A DNA stretch of 25,801 nt, taken from contig RHPI01001968.1 of assembly GCA_009103225.1 (NCBI GenBank), forward strand, positions 1 through 25,801, given 5' to 3'. A program made the position numbers and the translations under genes. Below, piece after piece: positions 22,782 through 25,801 of this stretch (its first letter is position 1; each line of letters begins with the position of its first letter). This DNA comes from Chlorokybus atmophyticus (taxonomy: Eukaryota > Plantae > Mesostigma and Chlorokybus algae). The notes under the pieces are model-generated. The model was not told the origin of the DNA, did no database searches, and saw only the letters and a list, made by a program, of their open reading frames with translations.

Positions 22782-25700
22782 TCATGCTTCATCGTCACAA
22801 AGAGCCTCGAGCTTCGCCAGCGAACTGAGGTATCTGTCCGCCATTCTACTCTGCGAGGGACACTCAGGTAGGCCTAATTCATCAAGGATACCACTCTCCC
22901 TTACGAGCCTGCATGCTTCGGGGACAACCGCCATGTGTGCCAGTGCACCCACTGCAGATAAGGTATTGCAGCCATTTGCAACAGCGGCGGCACAGCTCCA
23001 GCCTGGACCAACTCCTCCGCCATTGCGCGATTGGTAACTAGAGCGGATTCGTGCCCTTTGCATGCCAGGCTTACGAGAAGCATGCAACAGAACAACCTGC
23101 GAGTTTGGGGCTTCACCGAGCTCGAGCCATTTGCAGCAGGTTGCAGCAGCCTGACAACACCAGGTATGGCGCCAGCTTGCACAATCACACCCTGCGGGCC
23201 ACAACTTGCCATGAACTCGGCATGCAGGTGCTGCTGTATTGAGTGATAGCCATGCGCCATGAGCTTTCTTACCTTCATGATCTGGTCGTCATTTCTAGCC
23301 AACAGATGCAACAGCCTTGCACAGGCCTCTTGGCAGGGCGCACTGGTAGACGTCATCATCTGCACCACGAGCGGAATAGCACCCGCATTTGCTACCAATC
23401 TCTGCAACAACGCCAGTCATGACCGTGTCGCCTGCCACTAAGCACAGAACATATGCCCCTCACAACCATACATGTTTGCACGGAGACAAAGGTCATGTAC
23501 ACCACGAGAGTCACAAGTGACGCAAGGCATACCTTGTGTTTAGCCATGTTGAGTACAACCACCAATGCGCTATGCCTTGAGTCCTCATGGTTGCTTTTGA
23601 GACTCTCAACCATAATCTGGATAAGCTCGGCCCACCTCTTGTTCTGCGCCAACTGGAACGCCTGCGGCACAACCTTATAGGACACCTTGTAGAACAAAAT
23701 CTTCTTGCTAAGCTAGAACGTCTTGCTCATCTGCTGGAAGCATACCTGCTGTGTAGTCCTTTCGTTAAGCAGCGGAATCAAGGACAACAGCCTATCACCT
23801 GCTTGCTCCTGCCCATCTGTTCCGAAGGCAGACAAAAGACCTTGCACGGTATGATCAGATGACGACTTCAGCTTTTCCAACAGTTTTGCCCGTTGGTCTT
23901 GTCTGGTCAGCACTCGTAGCACCACGTTGTCGACAACAAGCAATGGCACTGAGCCCCAGAAGTAAGTAAGCGGGTTTGCAACAGCCATGAGGTCCTTTCG
24001 AGCTCATCAAGAGCTGCATTGAACTCAGCAATCCTCCTGCCTGCTCTCACCCAGACGAACTTCACCACATCTTTCCCAACAGGATTTTTGAAGCAAGAAA
24101 TGAGATCGATCAAGTGTCTCGCAGCATCCAGCAACCCCTTTATGGACAGCTCAATGGCATGGATCAGACTTGTGCCTTGGCGCCCGTAAGCATTATCTTC
24201 AAGAAGACGCAGATAGTCCTTGTATACGTCCTGCCACCTCTCAACAGGTGGCAACTGAGAAGGGCGTGTGATGTGCCAGCCAAGGGTGCACAGAGCCCAA
24301 GGGAGACGATTTGCTTCTCGCAACATTTTGCGCGCGTAGATTCCATGTTCCACGTTGGGCAACAGACTAACTCACGCCAATGCTGTGGCCCACTGCATTG
24401 GCCTGAGTTAGTTGGCGTGTGTTGCATCATATGGTGCAAGGTAACCTTGGAAAGAAAGAATTACATTCACATACCAGTATGGTGGCAGCATCATTTCTGT
24501 CAACGCCAGCATTTCTGAAGTATGCTGTACTCTGTAGACAATTTAAAGGGTGAATGTTCGCGAGAGCATACGGGTCAGCAGCTTGGAAAAGCATACGTAG
24601 GGCTTGCTCGTGACATGGAAGTGGAACCGGAAAGTGCTGCGTCGGCAAGCCCCCGCACACGTTAGAGTCCCTGGAAGTCACAAGGACCTTTGAACCATTG
24701 TTGTTCTGAATGGCAAAATCGCTGACCCAGCGGCGGTGTGGCTGCTGGAAGTCGTCCAGCACAATTAGATACTTGTTGAGTGTTGTCAACCAACGCACGA
24801 TCGCAGCTTTGCGCGCCTGTGCATGTCGCATCTCTTCAGTTGACATGTTGTGGCCAAGTTGCCTCAAGAAATTCTGTTGCAGGGATTTTAATGTAGTTTG
24901 TGGCTTACGCTCCAGCCAAAAGACTCCTCCTGGGAAGTCTTTGTGTGTCTGCAGCAAGCCAGCTAAATCTGCACCGGACACTCACTGATGTCAAACGCCA
25001 GCAGTGTAGAGGATACATAGCTTACCTGAGGTATGGGGGACTGATCAAAGTGAAAGATTCGCGCGTTCTGGGCATGAAACTGCCGTGCAACATGCAATGC
25101 CAATGATGTTTTGCCATAGCCGAGAGGTCCTGACATGAGAACTATGGGAAGAGTTTCTGACTTCAACAGCAGCGCCAACTTGGTAGAACATTCTCCGGCA
25201 CGACCGACTGCTAGCCTCATCGAGGGATCAACATAAGGGTGTTCGGGACTCAACTCTTCCAGAGCCGACAGTCTCCGCGTTTCTCGCCACTCCGCAGCTT
25301 CTGTCAATAGCTGTTTGACGGCGGTCACCTTACTGTGCATGATGTCCGCTATTTCCATTGCTTGTCCTGGAAGCGCAGCTGTGGCAACAAGTGTAAACCA
25401 ATTGCAGACCTTGCTTCTGAACCACGAGAGCCAGTTGGCAGTTTGTAGTGACTGGGTTAGGTCCTGTAACCTCGGTATGACGTGGTCCTTGAAGAATTGG
25501 GTCGCGTGCTGTAGTGCTTGCTGCACTGGTTCATAACCCCGAAAGTCTTGTGCTTGGGTTCTGGCTTCGTTCAACTCTCGTGTGATGTTGTCGCACTTGG
25601 CAACAAAACGAATCAGTTCATTTCTTGCATGGCCGAGAGTCTTTGCGACTGAAAGCAAATCTCGGGCAATTGTAAAAGCGGCGTCAACTGCAACCGCCAT
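22782..25700 (-). pseudogene. NLR-like STAND ATPase: N-terminal four-helix bundle (RPW8/MLKL/CC-like), NB-ARC, winged helix, Armadillo repeats
   Basis: Exons: 25700-25026, 24948-24475, 24392-23533, 23437 (or 23401)-23273 and 23191-22782, all with phase-0 GT-AG junctions. Motifs: P-loop GPLGYGKTSLA, APAF-1-like FPGGVFW, Walker B YLIVLDD, RNBS-B GSKVLVTSR, GLPL-like RLPWAL, and ARM motifs AGAIPLVVQMM, QAGAIPGVVRLL and QAGAVPPLLQMA. Lesions: TGA 24372-24374, frameshift ~23990, TAG 23713-23715, frameshift ~22965. Confidence 0.88.
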
Positions 25701-25801
25701 AGTTATGAAAGATGTGTGCGCTTGGTAGAACCGTGCCTGCACAAGTGGTATCGTTGTGGCTGCTGGACACGCTAGGCTTTCAACATATGTTGAGCCAGTG
25801 C

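Noticed and set aside
23417-23419. Additional in-frame TGA in the ARM region
   Set aside because: Not counted as a lesion because the alternative in-frame acceptor ttgcag|AGA at 23401 skips it.
23713-23745. 33-nt GTATGC...TTCTAG segment that could splice out the TAG in the NLR-like gene
   Set aside because: It is far shorter than the other introns here (77 nt or more in this gene), and it would not rescue the other three lesions.

Overview
Eukaryotic genomic scaffold with GT-AG introns, CA/TG-rich introns and two assembly gaps. It is probably from a green-lineage alga, inferred from plant-type LRRs, an (SP)n cell-wall motif, a transit-peptide-like exon and a PHD-finger Ty3/gypsy element. I found no demonstrably intact gene; the window reads as a graveyard of decayed genes and transposons. 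Contents: (1) an unidentified minus-strand gene remnant at ~1.3-2.4 kb; (2) a plastid-targeted-looking gene cut off by the 3' end of a PHD-finger Ty3/gypsy element; (3) a 5'-truncated chromovirus pol whose long LTR appears to contain a TATA box, a canonical intron and an 89-aa ORF; (4) two long hairpins at 13.5-14.2 kb; (5) a 2H-phosphoesterase-like remnant; (6) a block present three times, with two copies carrying a Mug135-like pseudogene; (7) an LRR-(SP)n-PAN/Apple cell-wall protein pseudogene; (8) an NLR-like pseudogene with a four-helix-bundle N-terminus, NB-ARC and Armadillo repeats. All family assignments come from motif recognition by eye; no database search was run.
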